Shown: piece by piece, positions 10,800 through 23,191 of the stretch
Layout: the number at the start of each line of letters is the position of its first letter
Position numbering within the stretch: the stretch's first letter is position 1
Assembly: GCA_001643675.2 (NCBI GenBank)
Contig: LSRY02000002.1
Span: forward strand, 1,736,001 to 1,800,000
Direction of reading: 5' to 3'
DNA: 64,000 nt
Origin: Monocercomonoides exilis PA203
Lineage: Eukaryota; Protista; Preaxostyla
Program-made: the position numbers and the translations under genes
The notes under the pieces: generated by a model
What the model was told of the DNA's origin: nothing
Databases searched by the model: none
What the model saw: the letters and a program-made list of their open reading frames with translations, nothing else

Positions 10800-11845
10800 C
10801 CTATTTGTGAACTCAACGATATATTTTCTGACGAAATGGGTGCTTGGAAATGGTATTTCGAAAATGTGCTGGAAGGAGAAGCTCCAGAATGCAGATATGA
10901 TAAATGCCAAATGATATTCAAATCCGGAGGCAAATATTACAAATATTGGAAATGCGGAAAATGTGGCAAAAAATAGTCAGTTTTTTAAAACACATCTTTT
11001 GAAAATACCAAAAAACCACTGAGAAAATTTTTGATGATTGTTATATATTATTGCATCGGTATATCAGCCGCACACATTGGTAAAACTTTTTGGAATTAGT
11101 GAAAATTCAATTCATTTTTGGACGAGTGTTATTCGAGTCAGATGCACATCAATATGGAACAAAACTCAAACTGTCATAAAAGGGTCGGGAAGAATTGTGG
11201 AGATCGACGAAGCGGTTTGGAGGAGCAGAAAGTCTGGGCGAGGGAAAAAGAAGAGGAAAATTTTGATATTTGGAGCTGTGGAAAGGAAACCAGAGCGAAG
11301 TGCGGGGAAGAACTTCGTGATGATCGTACCAAATAGAAAGGCTGAGACATCAGTTCCAAAAATACGAGCAAAAATTCTTCCTGGAACTCGGATCATGAGC
11401 GATGAATGGAAGGCTTATGCCAGATTGAAAGATTATGGTTACGCTCATGATACTGTCTGTCACAAGCGAGAATTCAATAACAAAATTACACACGCCTGAA
11501 CAAACACTGTCGAAGGTCCGTGGATGAATTTACGGAAATTCTTCTAAAAAACAGGATGAAGAGAAAAGGATCTTGGTGACTATTTATCTTAATGGCTGGT
11601 CAGAAGAAATTTGCAAATTCAATTTGAGGATCTAATAAAGAAAATCGTCTTCGATTTTACAGAAAAAGAAAATGAATTGAAAGAATCTGAAAATAAAGAA
11701 AGTGACTTGGCAGAATCTGAGCTTGAATCAAATATTCCAGATGAAAGTGACATTCTTCAAATGACAGAATTTAATGAATCCCATTCCCTTGGAGCAGAGG
11801 ATTATGCAAGTGCATAGGAATTTGACCCCATGGAAGTTGATTAAT
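10800..11845 (+). pseudogene. Merlin / IS1595 (ISXO2-like DDE) transposase pseudogene with N-terminal Zn ribbon
   Basis: PECRYDKC...WKCGKCGKK* Zn ribbon, a frameshift, then GSGRIVEIDE..GRG..IFGAVER..ILPGTRIMSDEWKAY..YAHDTVCH..*TNTVEGPWMNLRK and an acidic tail; in-frame TAG/TAA/TGA stops. Confidence 0.9.
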
Positions 11846-12347
11846 TATTTATTTTTTAAAATTCTTATTAAAGAAAATTCATTCACACATTTTCCCCTCA
11901 ATTTATTATTTTTTTGTTTTTGACTTTTTTGTCAACTTCCGCACATCTCTGATGCATGAAAACATGACATCAGTTAACAACATTGCTCATATATTAATTT
12001 CACAGAAAATTTGCCATTCCCATATAATGCAGTCTTGCCGTCGTTTGTTGAATTTCTTTTCACCAATGAAAATTTTGAAATAGTTTATTAGTATCTTTTT
12101 CAATGAATATCACATGATTTTTTAAAAAAGTGTATTTTGTTTCACAAATAATTTTTTTGCAACTGTTGAATCTTCATGATAAAACAATCACCATTATTCA
12201 ATGATTATTATTGTTTGCACGATTTCTTGAACATAAACTTTAGTTAATAAAAATCATCCGTTCCCAACATAAATATTTTTTGATGCTTTTATTGATAAAC
12301 AATTTTATTTTGCAATTATCAACAAAGTTAGACTAATAATTTTTAAA

Positions 12348-14690
12348 ATGCACAATAATAGCCATTTTTATAAGAAGATGAAAAAATCAATATCTTGCTC
12401 AAGTGAAATATTACCTGCACGTTGCAAGCCTACATCATCTTATTCTGATTATAACAGTATTTCAAGATCACATTTCAACCAAGTCCCAGCACCTTTAAAA
12501 TGCTCTGAATGCTCATCTCTTCCATTTATTTTAAATATCGAAAAGGCAAGTCCCCAAACAAGCAATATTCTTCCATATTCAGGAGTTGTTCCATCTTCGA
12601 CATTGTTAAAATATATTTCCTTACAAGAAAAATCATTGTCCTTTACATCTGCTGATGAACATACGCAAAAATTAACTAATATTACATCATCTTTACAATT
12701 TTTAAACCAAATTAAAAAATGTGAAACATCAGAAGAAAGGAAAACATCTAACAAAAGCCACAACAACAAAATACAGGATATAAATGTAAAAGATGAAATC
12801 AAAATAGATGAAAATTGTGAATATTCAGGGGATCAAGATGTTGTTATTGGGGAATCACAATCATATTTCAGATTATTTGATGAATTAAAACATCAATTTG
12901 AACTTCAACAAATACATGAACAAAAAAGTTGTCACAACAATACACACTGCAAGATCAATTTTAATAAGAGAAACAGAGATATTCTGGATCAGTCATTGAA
13001 AAAAAACCTTCAATGCTTATCTAATCAAAATTTAAAAATTTCAAATGCATTGGATCCTTCTCTTCATTTATCGGAATCATTCAACCCTTTATATTTAAGT
13101 TCGGAAACACTTTTTTTTAAACAAGAGATTGATGATATTCCCCTTATTAACGAAGGCTCAGATTCATCGATTTTTCTTTCGGCAGAGGCGTTGGATGATC
13201 ATTTGCTCGAAGGGATAATAAAATGGCAACCGACTCCTCAACAACAACAAGCATTTTGCGCTACTTTAGAATTTGAACATGATGGAAGAAAAACCTCGAA
13301 GATTGCAGTGGATTTAAAAGAGAAAATGATTAAGCAATGGTTAGCTGCTGATGCCGAGTGGAAGAGATCAACGATGGGAATGCAAAACAATTCAAGGATT
13401 GATGTTTTACCATCTTTAACTTTTGATTCAAACGAGCTGAATCCATTGCAACCAACTTACATTGTAATTCATACAGCTTTAAATGAACAGGAGCTCAAGG
13501 ATGGCACACAACTTCATCATCATCTTAGTTCTCAGCAGAAATTAACAAGCAAAAGAAGAATGGAAATCAAACGTCAGATAGAACAAGCAAAGCAATATCA
13601 AAAATTATTCGATGTGTGGATACGAAAAGAATGGATTGAAAACGAAGAGGAGAAAATGATGTGGGACAAAGCAGAGGAAAAGCAAGAACGAGGCAAGATT
13701 CAACATGAAGAGAATATTGACAAATGGGCTTTTGGAGAGTTAACATTAGAAGAGTTAGAGAAACAGCTCGCAGATACGACGGAAGGAGAAGCAGGATCTG
13801 GAGAAGACCTTCAACTGCTTTTGAAACAAATAAAAATTAAACAAAAGGAAATGGAAAGACAGAAACAATTGACAGAATTGAGCGATTGGCAGAGAGTGCG
13901 AGTGATATTTGCCAAAGAAAATGAAAAAGAAAAGAAGAAAGAAGAAAGAACAAATCGGGCATTGTTAGAGAAAAGCGAAGAAATGAACAAAGACAATTCG
14001 CTTAGAAAGGATGCAGATGAAGTTATTCAGGAACCAAATGAAGAAAAAGAAATACATTACGAACAAGTGTCTGCACATTCTGCTGTTCAGCATTCGAACA
14101 CAAAGATTTATGATTTTGGTGATTTATTTATTGGATCTTCTTTACTATCACCTTTTGATCGCACTAATTCATCTTCACATTCTGTTTCAAACAAACCTCC
14201 ATTTGAGCTCTCAATATTGCATTCAACACCAACTTCTAATCATTTTGCACCAGCGGTTACTCAAAGAAATTTTATTTCTGGCTTTCGTGATGACTGTTCG
14301 CTGCAACAAAGGAAAATGCCTCATTATGTCCATTTTCAGTCAGCTTCTTCTTTGTCTCATGATTCTCTAAATTACAATTTTTCAGATCCTTTTAATGTTG
14401 TCTCATATGCGCAATCTTCTTTTTATTCAATTGATCCAATTTGTATCAATACTGATCTTTGCGAAATTGATAACTTCACAACGGAATCGGCTGTATTAGA
14501 TACAGATGAATATTTAAAGAGATTCAATGATCCATTCTACAACCCCCGACTGATGAAAAAATTACGTCATTGGGGTAAAAAAACAAACCAGGTTGCAAGG
14601 CAGATGGAAGTGCTAATATCAGAGATGGAAAACATTGCACCAATAATATTTCCTTTTTGTTTGAAAAGAAAATATCAAAGAAAAAGATAA
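12348..14690 (+). CDS. Hypothetical protein, 780 aa, central coiled-coil
   Basis: 2.3-kb uninterrupted ORF in AT-rich DNA; E/K/Q-rich helical centre; no recognised domain. Confidence 0.75.
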   Translation: MHNNSHFYKKMKKSISCSSEILPARCKPTSSYSDYNSISRSHFNQVPAPLKCSECSSLPFILNIEKASPQTSNILPYSGVVPSSTLLKYISLQEKSLSFTSADEHTQKLTNITSSLQFLNQIKKCETSEERKTSNKSHNNKIQDINVKDEIKIDENCEYSGDQDVVIGESQSYFRLFDELKHQFELQQIHEQKSCHNNTHCKINFNKRNRDILDQSLKKNLQCLSNQNLKISNALDPSLHLSESFNPLYLSSETLFFKQEIDDIPLINEGSDSSIFLSAEALDDHLLEGIIKWQPTPQQQQAFCATLEFEHDGRKTSKIAVDLKEKMIKQWLAADAEWKRSTMGMQNNSRIDVLPSLTFDSNELNPLQPTYIVIHTALNEQELKDGTQLHHHLSSQQKLTSKRRMEIKRQIEQAKQYQKLFDVWIRKEWIENEEEKMMWDKAEEKQERGKIQHEENIDKWAFGELTLEELEKQLADTTEGEAGSGEDLQLLLKQIKIKQKEMERQKQLTELSDWQRVRVIFAKENEKEKKKEERTNRALLEKSEEMNKDNSLRKDADEVIQEPNEEKEIHYEQVSAHSAVQHSNTKIYDFGDLFIGSSLLSPFDRTNSSSHSVSNKPPFELSILHSTPTSNHFAPAVTQRNFISGFRDDCSLQQRKMPHYVHFQSASSLSHDSLNYNFSDPFNVVSYAQSSFYSIDPICINTDLCEIDNFTTESAVLDTDEYLKRFNDPFYNPRLMKKLRHWGKKTNQVARQMEVLISEMENIAPIIFPFCLKRKYQRKR

Positions 14691-15363
14691 AATTGTACAA
14701 ATCAATGTTGAATGAGTACAAATTCTGATAATTTATTTTTACATTGTTGTGAAAGTTTATTTTTATTCATTTCTTATTGAGTTTTTTTCAATGTTTAACA
14801 ATGAAGAATTCACTCAAATTTTGAGAATAAGTTGATACTTTTTGATATGTATTACTTAATCAACCACAATAATAAAGCAGTGCATTTTATAATAATCTGA
14901 CGTTTTATCGAAAGATGATAATTTTTGTTTCATAAATTCTGGCGAGATACATTTATTTTTCTGAAGAAGAATATGCTCTTAGACCAAAATGAATTAAAGA
15001 AAGAACGAAAAAATACTATGAAAGCCGATGCAAAGGACAGGAAATGTTTGTATTATTGGGAAATATACTCTCACAAAAGAGTTGATATGATAAAAAAGCA
15101 GAAGTTAGACATTGTATTTGAAAAATGAAAGATGAATACAAGAGATTGAGGAAAGATGAAAAAAAAAGTGAACCATCCAAATAAAAAAGAAATGAGATTT
15201 ATTTATGAAATAATCAATCGAAATATAATACAGAAATATTTAATAATATAAAATAAAGAAGATGACAAAAAGAGACCTAAAATATTCTTTGAAAATAAAT
15301 TCATTTTGATAGAAATTCTTTGGGAAAAGATAATAGAAAAATATTATTTCCAAGAGATAATTG

Positions 15364-16395
15364 TCATTGCCCTTCTTTTCCAGCGTTTTTCTTGTCTATT
15401 GCATCTTTAACAATGAAGAATATGATGAGTGCAATAAGTGCAATTATAACGATAATAATCATAATGATAATAAATGAGTTTTGCTTAGCTCTTATCTGCA
15501 TTCTCCTGAGTAGTCCCGCGCCTTGTCCAAGATCTCCAGAGATATCGGAATTCTATAGAAAAAGAAGCCATATTTCAATTATTCGATTCAAAAAGAGATA
15601 AGACATCAATTTAATCTGCATGTAGAAAAAGAAAATGCAAACATGTTCGCCAATTGAATGAAGAGTACTTTTCTGCTTATCAAGCTCAGATAGAATCCCT
15701 GTTGCCGTATCTTCAGTACCTGTAGCAACCAAAATTGTATCATCAAGAATATCCGTTCCTTTTGAAAGATCCGAAGTTACTTTTCTCATTCTTTCCATTC
15801 CGTCCAAATCTCCCATCTTTAATGTCAAAAGTTAATGATGAAAAATAATTTGCAACAACAAACCTCAACGCCTTGACCTGCGTTTCCAAGTAAATTTTTT
15901 CTCATCGCATCATTATCCGCAACCATCCGGGCTGATTGACTTTTTATTTAATAAGATTGAAATGAGTATTAAACAATAATTATATTCTTAGCTTAAGACA
16001 ATATTACCTTGATGATGTACGCAACTTTTGAACGCGAGCTTGGTATCCTTTTATTTTTCCTTCACCAGCTTGTCTGCTGTCAAGAGGCATTTCATGAATT
16101 AACGATTTTAATGAAATGATCTATTGATGAATGAAATATTCGGAATTCCACCAAAATAAGTGAAAATTTTTATAAAAATTCATATTTAGTTTGCAATGAG
16201 TTAAAAATCCTTTCCATATATTGAACAAACCATTTTATCCGCATCGCAAAGTTGTGAATTGATTTGTGAAATAATGTTTTGTCGGTCTTCTCCAGTTGAA
16301 GTCGATATGTCTTTAATTAAATCTTCAACCTGACTAAAAGCACTTTCAATTCCTTTTTCATATAAATTCCAATCTGATTGAGCCGATGAAAACAT
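15364..16395 (-). CDS. Vti1-like Qb-SNARE, about 5 exons
   Basis: Exons MFSSAQSDWNLYEKGIES...CDADKM / IISLKSLIHEMP..YQARVQKL / ...LLG.. / SNARE helix ILVATGTEDTATGILSELDKQKSTL / GAGLLRRMQIRAKQN plus C-terminal TM helix, stop at 15364-15366; GT..AG introns (e.g. 16230..16121). Confidence 0.82.
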
Positions 16396-16586
16396 AATAT
16401 TGATATTTACTATGTTTCTTTAAAAATTTTATTATGCAATTTTTATATTTTAAACCAAATTCTTAACAAACAGAATGAGTTTTAATTCGAGGATGCAATA
16501 ATGATGAAATATTCAAAAGTTTATCAATGATTTTATTACGTTCTAGATCATATATTGAGTTTTTGGTTCTTCGACAATAATCGAGA

Positions 16587-19500
16587 ATGAGGCGGCTATG
16601 GACAGACTTCACAGCGGGAAACTCTTACTCGCAGCTGCCTACATTTGAGACAAATCTACACAAAGTAGATGGAATTTTAAATCCGTGTGATTGCAGATTT
16701 ATCGTTTTTATTTGATTCTTAAATTTATATTTTTTTAAGTTTATTTTCTGTTCTGATGCCTTTGAAAACGGTTTGCATTTGAAGCGAATTTATATGATTT
16801 TCCAAATATCTTTATTATTTCATTCATAATTTATAGTCAAAGCCAACATCCTTTTTTTTATGTTTATTTATGCTCATATTAACAACACTTGAATTTTGCG
16901 ACACCCCAGCTCGTTTTAGCAAATATCCTTTTTTGAATCCTGTTATGAAGGATTATCACCTTTTTTTAAAGTGTGGATATTGCATTAATATGTTGATTTG
17001 TTATATTTTCTTTTAACAGCTATATAAGCATGTCAGCAGCATCAAAAACCGAAGCCAGACTATTAATTTTTTTTATTATTGGATCTTCGATAGAATTTTT
17101 AGGGGATGCAATTATTGTAATTTTGACGTTCGTATTGAGAAAACTTAGAAACCCTCCACAAATTTTCTACAAATTTATGCAATATTTTGCTGCTATTGTG
17201 AGTACTGTATTGTACCTACCACTTTGCAATATTTATCTATCTCCGCTTCTTTGCAAAACTCATTTCATAAACTCCAACCAACCTGATCTTGATTGTGGAA
17301 GATTTTATAGCACACCACTGATTATTGTTTCATTGATATTTTTTTCGTTACATTTGCTTCTATCACTGTTTCATCATTTGTTTATTTTTGATTTTGAGTT
17401 TAAACAATATCCGGAATCGTTATTTTCTTCTCAGACTGGATCTGTTGGAATACTTTATGTATTGATTTCTACAATAATTTCAATTGTTACTCTCTTGCTT
17501 CCTAAACACGACATAATTGTATGTTGTATTGCAATAGGATTGTTTCTTTGCTTGGCAGTGTTTGTAATCTTGGCACAGCCTATGTTTAATTCATATGGCA
17601 ATGCCTCAATCGCTGCATGTGCTGTTTTTCCAATCCCACTTCATGTCTTTTACATCTTCTTCTCGATGTTCATACAAAGCGATCCAACATCCACTGACTC
17701 CCGTATTTCCGGCTATGTGTTTCACCAGCGCAACAGCTCTTTCGTATCTCTCTCATTCATCGCCCTGAACATTTTCAGCGGGGCTGCTGTGGGAATGCTG
17801 TTCTTCTATTTCTCCCTGAAGCGCTCGTGGTCTCTGTGGGCAATGAGAGAAAAGGACCCTGTCCCGCGGCTCTACAACAAAGGCGCGAAGAGGAAGCTCT
17901 TCAGATACAAGAGCCACGTGAAGGGCTCGCGGTCCAACAGAAAGCAGAAAAGCCTTTCAGAACACAAGATCAACCAGATGGACATTGCCCGCTCAACTTC
18001 GCAGTCGTCCGTCTCAATCAAGAAGAAGCCGACACTCTTCATTCACCCGCCGTCAGTGCAGGCTGCGCACCCAGCGCAGTTCACTCCTGCGTCTGTACAA
18101 GGAGTTCTATTTCCCATTCCACCCACACACCCCACCTCAGGATTAACCTCATCATCATCATCATCATCATCATCATCTTCTTCTTCTTCTTCTTCCTCTT
18201 CCATTTCACCAACATTCTGCACAGCATCCTCACCTTCATCTCAAACACATCACCAGCACATTTCACTGAAAGGAGTTTCACCAACATCATCAGTTCATTC
18301 AACTTCAACTTCACCAACACCTTCTCAGCCATTTCATCCTCTCAATCCAAACTCTTCTTTCTCAGTTTCTCCGTCTCCTGTTCCTCTGACCCCTGCCTCC
18401 TCACTCACATTGCCGTTTTCCAGTTCATTTTCTCCGCCTTCTCCGATCCCTTCTCCCACAACTCCTCCTCCCCATCCTTTCCCTCACTCGCTCTCCACCC
18501 ACTCGTCAGTCACACAAGGCTACACTTACGCCGTCTTTCCATGTCAGCAGTCTTCTTCTTGGCCTTCTTCCTCCTCTTCATCAACACTATCGTCCTCTTC
18601 TAACACGTCATCACACAGTCTCCACGCACAAATACAGACAGCTTCATCCAGCTGCCTCATCGCCTCTCCATCCTCCCCCACCTCTGCCATGTCTTCCAAT
18701 TCGTCTGCCTCCCTCTCCTTTGGCAATGGCCGCATCCTGCCCAAGTTCACCTCTCCGTTCCGAGCTGCGACTGCCATCCGCTTTCTTGCTGTGCGTTCTC
18801 TGCGGAAGCGTGCCGAGTGCATGGCACTGGCTGAGGCCATTCTGCGGGACGGGCTGATGCGCACTCCAAACAGCTCGGGCCTGTGGCTCACGGCCGCGCT
18901 GTACCACCACTCCTTCACGAAGAACAGCCGGCAGGTGATCATGTGCATCCAGCGGATGAGGACAGCGGCGCCGTCGCTGCCAGAGAAGTGGGTGGGGTTT
19001 CTGCTACTGCTGGAGGCAGAAAAGACGATCAATGCGGACAGACTGAAACTGATAAGTGAGCAGAAAGGGCAGGCGTCGAGAGACTATCTGATGAAGAACG
19101 AGCTCGACCGGGCGAAGCAGGAGTCGATGATTGCGAAGGAGCAGCTGGGCAAGCTGTGGAGCATGATGCTGAAGGAGCACATGGACGTGGCGAAGTCGGT
19201 GCTTCTGCTGGAGTCGATCATCGAGCGAGACAAACAGGCAACTGGGATCTATCTGGGCTTACTAAAGGACCATCCACAGAGTGTTCGTGTGTTGCGTGGC
19301 TTTGCAGTGCATCTGCGGGACGTGTGTCGAGAAGACGATGCAGCGCGGATGCTGTTCATTCAGGCGAACCAGATTGAAGAGGAGGCGCTGAATGCATTCA
19401 CACTGAACGGTGCGGAGAGCGAAAGCTGCATTGGCAGCAGAGTGCAGAAGTCGATCCATTCAGATGGCATCTCGTTTCTGCTGGAGACATCAGAGGCGAA

Positions 19501-22500
19501 GCAGAAATCGCTGACGGAAAAGCTGACGGTGAAGAGAACAAGAGCACAGCAGCACAAGAGCAGTGTGCAGGACCACATGTTTATGATAGACAACACGCAG
19601 CGCATTCTTCCTTACTTCAAGTACTTCATCTGGGTGACATCTGTGATTCTTGTGCTGTCAGCGTCCATTGTGTTCATCATCACTGTAATCATCTTCTCAG
19701 ACGCTGTGTCAACTGTCGAGCTTACGATGAACCAGTCGCGGCTGATGGTTGCTGCTTTCGACGTGTCACACTATCTGAAGCTGTACAACGTGGCCCTGTC
19801 GAACAGCTCAGACATCGCTGCGCGCTTCTATGCGAACGACTCTGGATTCATTCTGGAGTCGCTCAAGGAGTTCAAGCGGGAGATTGGGGAGCAGATGCTC
19901 AATCTCGACAGGAAGCTGAGCAAAGACGAGCAGCGGGTGCTGTGGGAGGAGCAGGTGCTGGACATCACAGTGCCGCATGTACCGCAGCGGCTGGTGAAGG
20001 ATCTGGTGTGGCTGAAGGGGAATGCCATCACCCTGCTGAAGTGCATCCAGAATGTCGCTGAAGACTACATCGAGAGCAACGGACAGCGCGTGTCTGACAG
20101 TGTCTTTGCAGGCTTTGTGCTGTCAAGGCTGAATGTGCCGATTGTGCTGATGGAGCATCTGAAGCAGCTGTCTGTTCTGACGCTCCAGATGACCAACAAA
20201 CGGTCGACGAGGATCATTACAATGTTGGAAGTGGTTGGCACTTCTTTGATCACATTCACCACACTCGTCATCATCATCCAATTTGCAATCACCATTGTGA
20301 GGCTGGGAAGAGACAGAAAGGAAACACTGATGCAGTTCTTGAACACGTCCAAGCAGCTCATTAAGAAACAAATCCAGAGGCTGAAGGAGATTGAGACACA
20401 ACTGGATGAAGAAGGCGCAATCAACGACTCGAAGACAGAGCAAGACACAGAAAAGGAGAAGAACACTGATGATGAAGCTACTTCACACACAACACAAAGC
20501 AAGACAATCACTACAATTTCGCAGTACCATTCGAGCGGAATGATGATGGACGACAGCAACGACGAGCTGAACTTTGATACGTTCATCAATGACTCAGACG
20601 AGTTCGACCTCAACGCAAGCTCAACATTCGACTCTCGAACAAGGATTCGCTCCCCTCAGCCAGCTGGCGGGGCTCCTAAGAAGCATCAGCAGAACTATCC
20701 GTATGGTGCTTCATCGCAGACAAAGGCTCGCAAGCCTCGTCTGACTATTCAGGGTACAAGTGGTGCTGGTCAGTGCAACCCAGGTTCACTTACAGGGATG
20801 AATATGGACGGATACGATCCATATCTTGCTATTGTGTCGCCGTCACAGTCAATCCCCGTTTCACCAAATCCATTTGCAAAGTCACTCTTCCCCACACGTA
20901 TTTCTCCGATTTCTCCGACAGGCAACAAAGCTGCTGGGGCTGGGTTTAATAACGAAAGGAATCAAATGGCGCCTGCCGGTTCACAGAATCGTGCTCAGCA
21001 TTCAAAACAGGCTGACCCAAAAGCAACAAATCCGAACAGCCACTGGCGTCTGTCAGCACCGCAGTCGATGTCTTTAGTCGAAGAAGTGACTGAAGAAGAC
21101 GGTTGGGACACAGGAGAGGAACACGATGAACTGGAACGCACAACACTTTATGGCTCATTGAACTGTGTGAGTGGATATCCTGCTTCAGAGTTGATGAATG
21201 AAGGCATTGGGAAGAGGAAGAGCAGCATGCAGCGCGAGAAAGGTGAAAGGAACAGAAGAAGTGGAAGAAGTGGAAGAGACGAGGAAGAGTGGGAAGGGCC
21301 GGAAGAAGACGAGGAAGATCTGATAGATGAAGAAGACAATCCAATCCAAGTGAAAACAGCGAAGACTACATCGAGCAACAATCTGAACAGAGCAGCAGCG
21401 ATGACATTGTTTGTGGCAGCGAAGAACAAAGAGCAGCAGGCGCAGATTGAAGCAGACGAGAAAGAAAGGAAGCGGCTGGAGGAGCAAGAAAAGATGGAGG
21501 AGTTGCTGCACGAAGTTTCACAGAACTTGCACATAACCACACCAGAGCTATATGCACGCATTTTGATTGGGCTTTTCCTGATTCTATTTTCTGCTGTCGG
21601 GTATTATTTCATGAGTGCATACACCATCAAGCAGATAATGGATAGTTCTGAAGTGGTGATGCTGTCACTGTACCAAAACGTGCTTGTGGGTCTGCTTGCA
21701 TCGCTGATAATGAACATACCCATCACGTTCTCCAACGACATCCCTGGGAATTACATCTATCAGAACACAACTGCACCACTGTGGAACGATTTTTCACACA
21801 TGTCGCGCAACAAGACAGTTCAACAGCAGCTGATCAACCGCACTATCACCTTTCTGTCTCTCTTCCGCAAAAAAGTGTGCGAGGGAGGGAAACCCGATGC
21901 TGGTGGCATAAAAACAGGCGATGAGCTGTTTGATGGCCTCAACACAATACGAACAATATCACCTGGCTCAACAACACAGTCACTGCTGCTGTCAGACTCA
22001 TCGTGTTTTCCCAATCTGTCTGAAGATGAGTGCAGCATTCCTGATCGCATTCCAGGAATAAGCATTCCTTATCAGGGACTTGAGTCTCTGTTCTCAGCTG
22101 CCCTCACGAATGCTCAATCACTTGCAGCAGATGAGAATCCGGAGAGCGTGCAAATAGACGATCCACGGCTGAAGATAGTGTCCAGCTTGTACATGTATGA
22201 TCTGAAAGGAGGGATCAACAAGTATTCCAATCTTCTGAGCGACATGCAGCAGGAGAACATCTCCTGGCTCAAGACGTGGCTGATCACGCTGTTTGTGATA
22301 CACATCGTGTTCCTGTTTCTGTCGTTCATCTGCTGCTTCATGCCAGCGAGGAAGCTGCTCTTCACTGTTGCTGAAACAACACTGAAGATCACCGACTTCA
22401 ATCCAAGCAACGACCATTCTCTGGATGTGCTGGAGTGGAAGGAGGAGTATTGCACAGACATCCGGTCGATTGATATGGGGCACCAGGAATTGTGCAAGGC

Positions 22501-22981
22501 AGCGACATTCCTGTCTCAGGTGCTGGAGGCAGAGAAAGACCGTCAGGAAATATATGCTGCGGTGAAGAGCTTTGTTGAAGTGCTTTTGAGTGTGCTGTGT
22601 GAGGAAGAGGAGTTGATGAAGACGTTTGGCCTGCCGTCGTCGCTGCTGCAGCCGCACCTCCTCGACCACGTGTACTTCCTCAAACGGCTCATGCGGATGC
22701 TGATTGCGCTGGTCTCAGGGAAGATCGTCAAAGTGCGGGGTGTTGAGACGGTGGGGCTGTGGCTGACTGAACATGTCTCAAAAATCGATAAGGAAACTGC
22801 TGTCATTTTGATTGGCACTGCTCCGAGATCGGTGATTGAAAAGGACTTTGCTGTTAGAGAAGGAAAAAATCTTATTATTCCATATTCGTTTCAGAAGTAC
22901 ATTCAATCAGATAATGCAACTGTCCAAGATTCTCTCCTTCTTAGATCTTTTCAACAGTCTTTTCCGTTTGTCTCTTTATAG
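16587..22981 (+). CDS. TmcB/TmcC-like polytopic membrane protein with TPR-like region and C-terminal hemerythrin-like domain
   Basis: Main exon ORF 17030..22981; probable short upstream exons from ATG 16587 (MRRLWTDFTAG..). N-terminal multi-TM block, helical motif YLGLLKDHPQSVRVLRGFAVHLRDV...ANQIEE, two TM pairs with extracellular loops, then LEWKEEYCTDIRSIDMGH..EEELM..HLLDH..WLTEHVSKID. Confidence 0.8.
18148..18200 (+). repeat. (TCA)n(TCT)n coding microsatellite (poly-Ser)
   Basis: Direct reading; encodes the poly-S run of the 1983-aa ORF. Confidence 0.9.
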
Positions 22982-23191
22982 AATAATTACATTTTTATTT
23001 TTGTTGTAATATATATTTTCGTTTGTTATTCCAATTAAGTTGTTAGTATCAATTTCGTTATTATTATTTTCAAATCATTTTTTAGTTACAAACTTCTTTT
23101 ATTAAAACCAAAATTGATTTAATACTTAAATTATGGATGTGATCGCAATAAGATTTGATATTTTAACTTTTAAATTGTTAATAGCTTATAT

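Noticed and set aside
10800-11845. In-frame stops in the transposase as a sign of a reassigned genetic code (TAA/TAG=Gln occurs in some oxymonads)
   Set aside because: The stops include TGA and come with frameshifts; host genes give multi-kb ORFs in the standard code and end in TAA, TAG or TGA.
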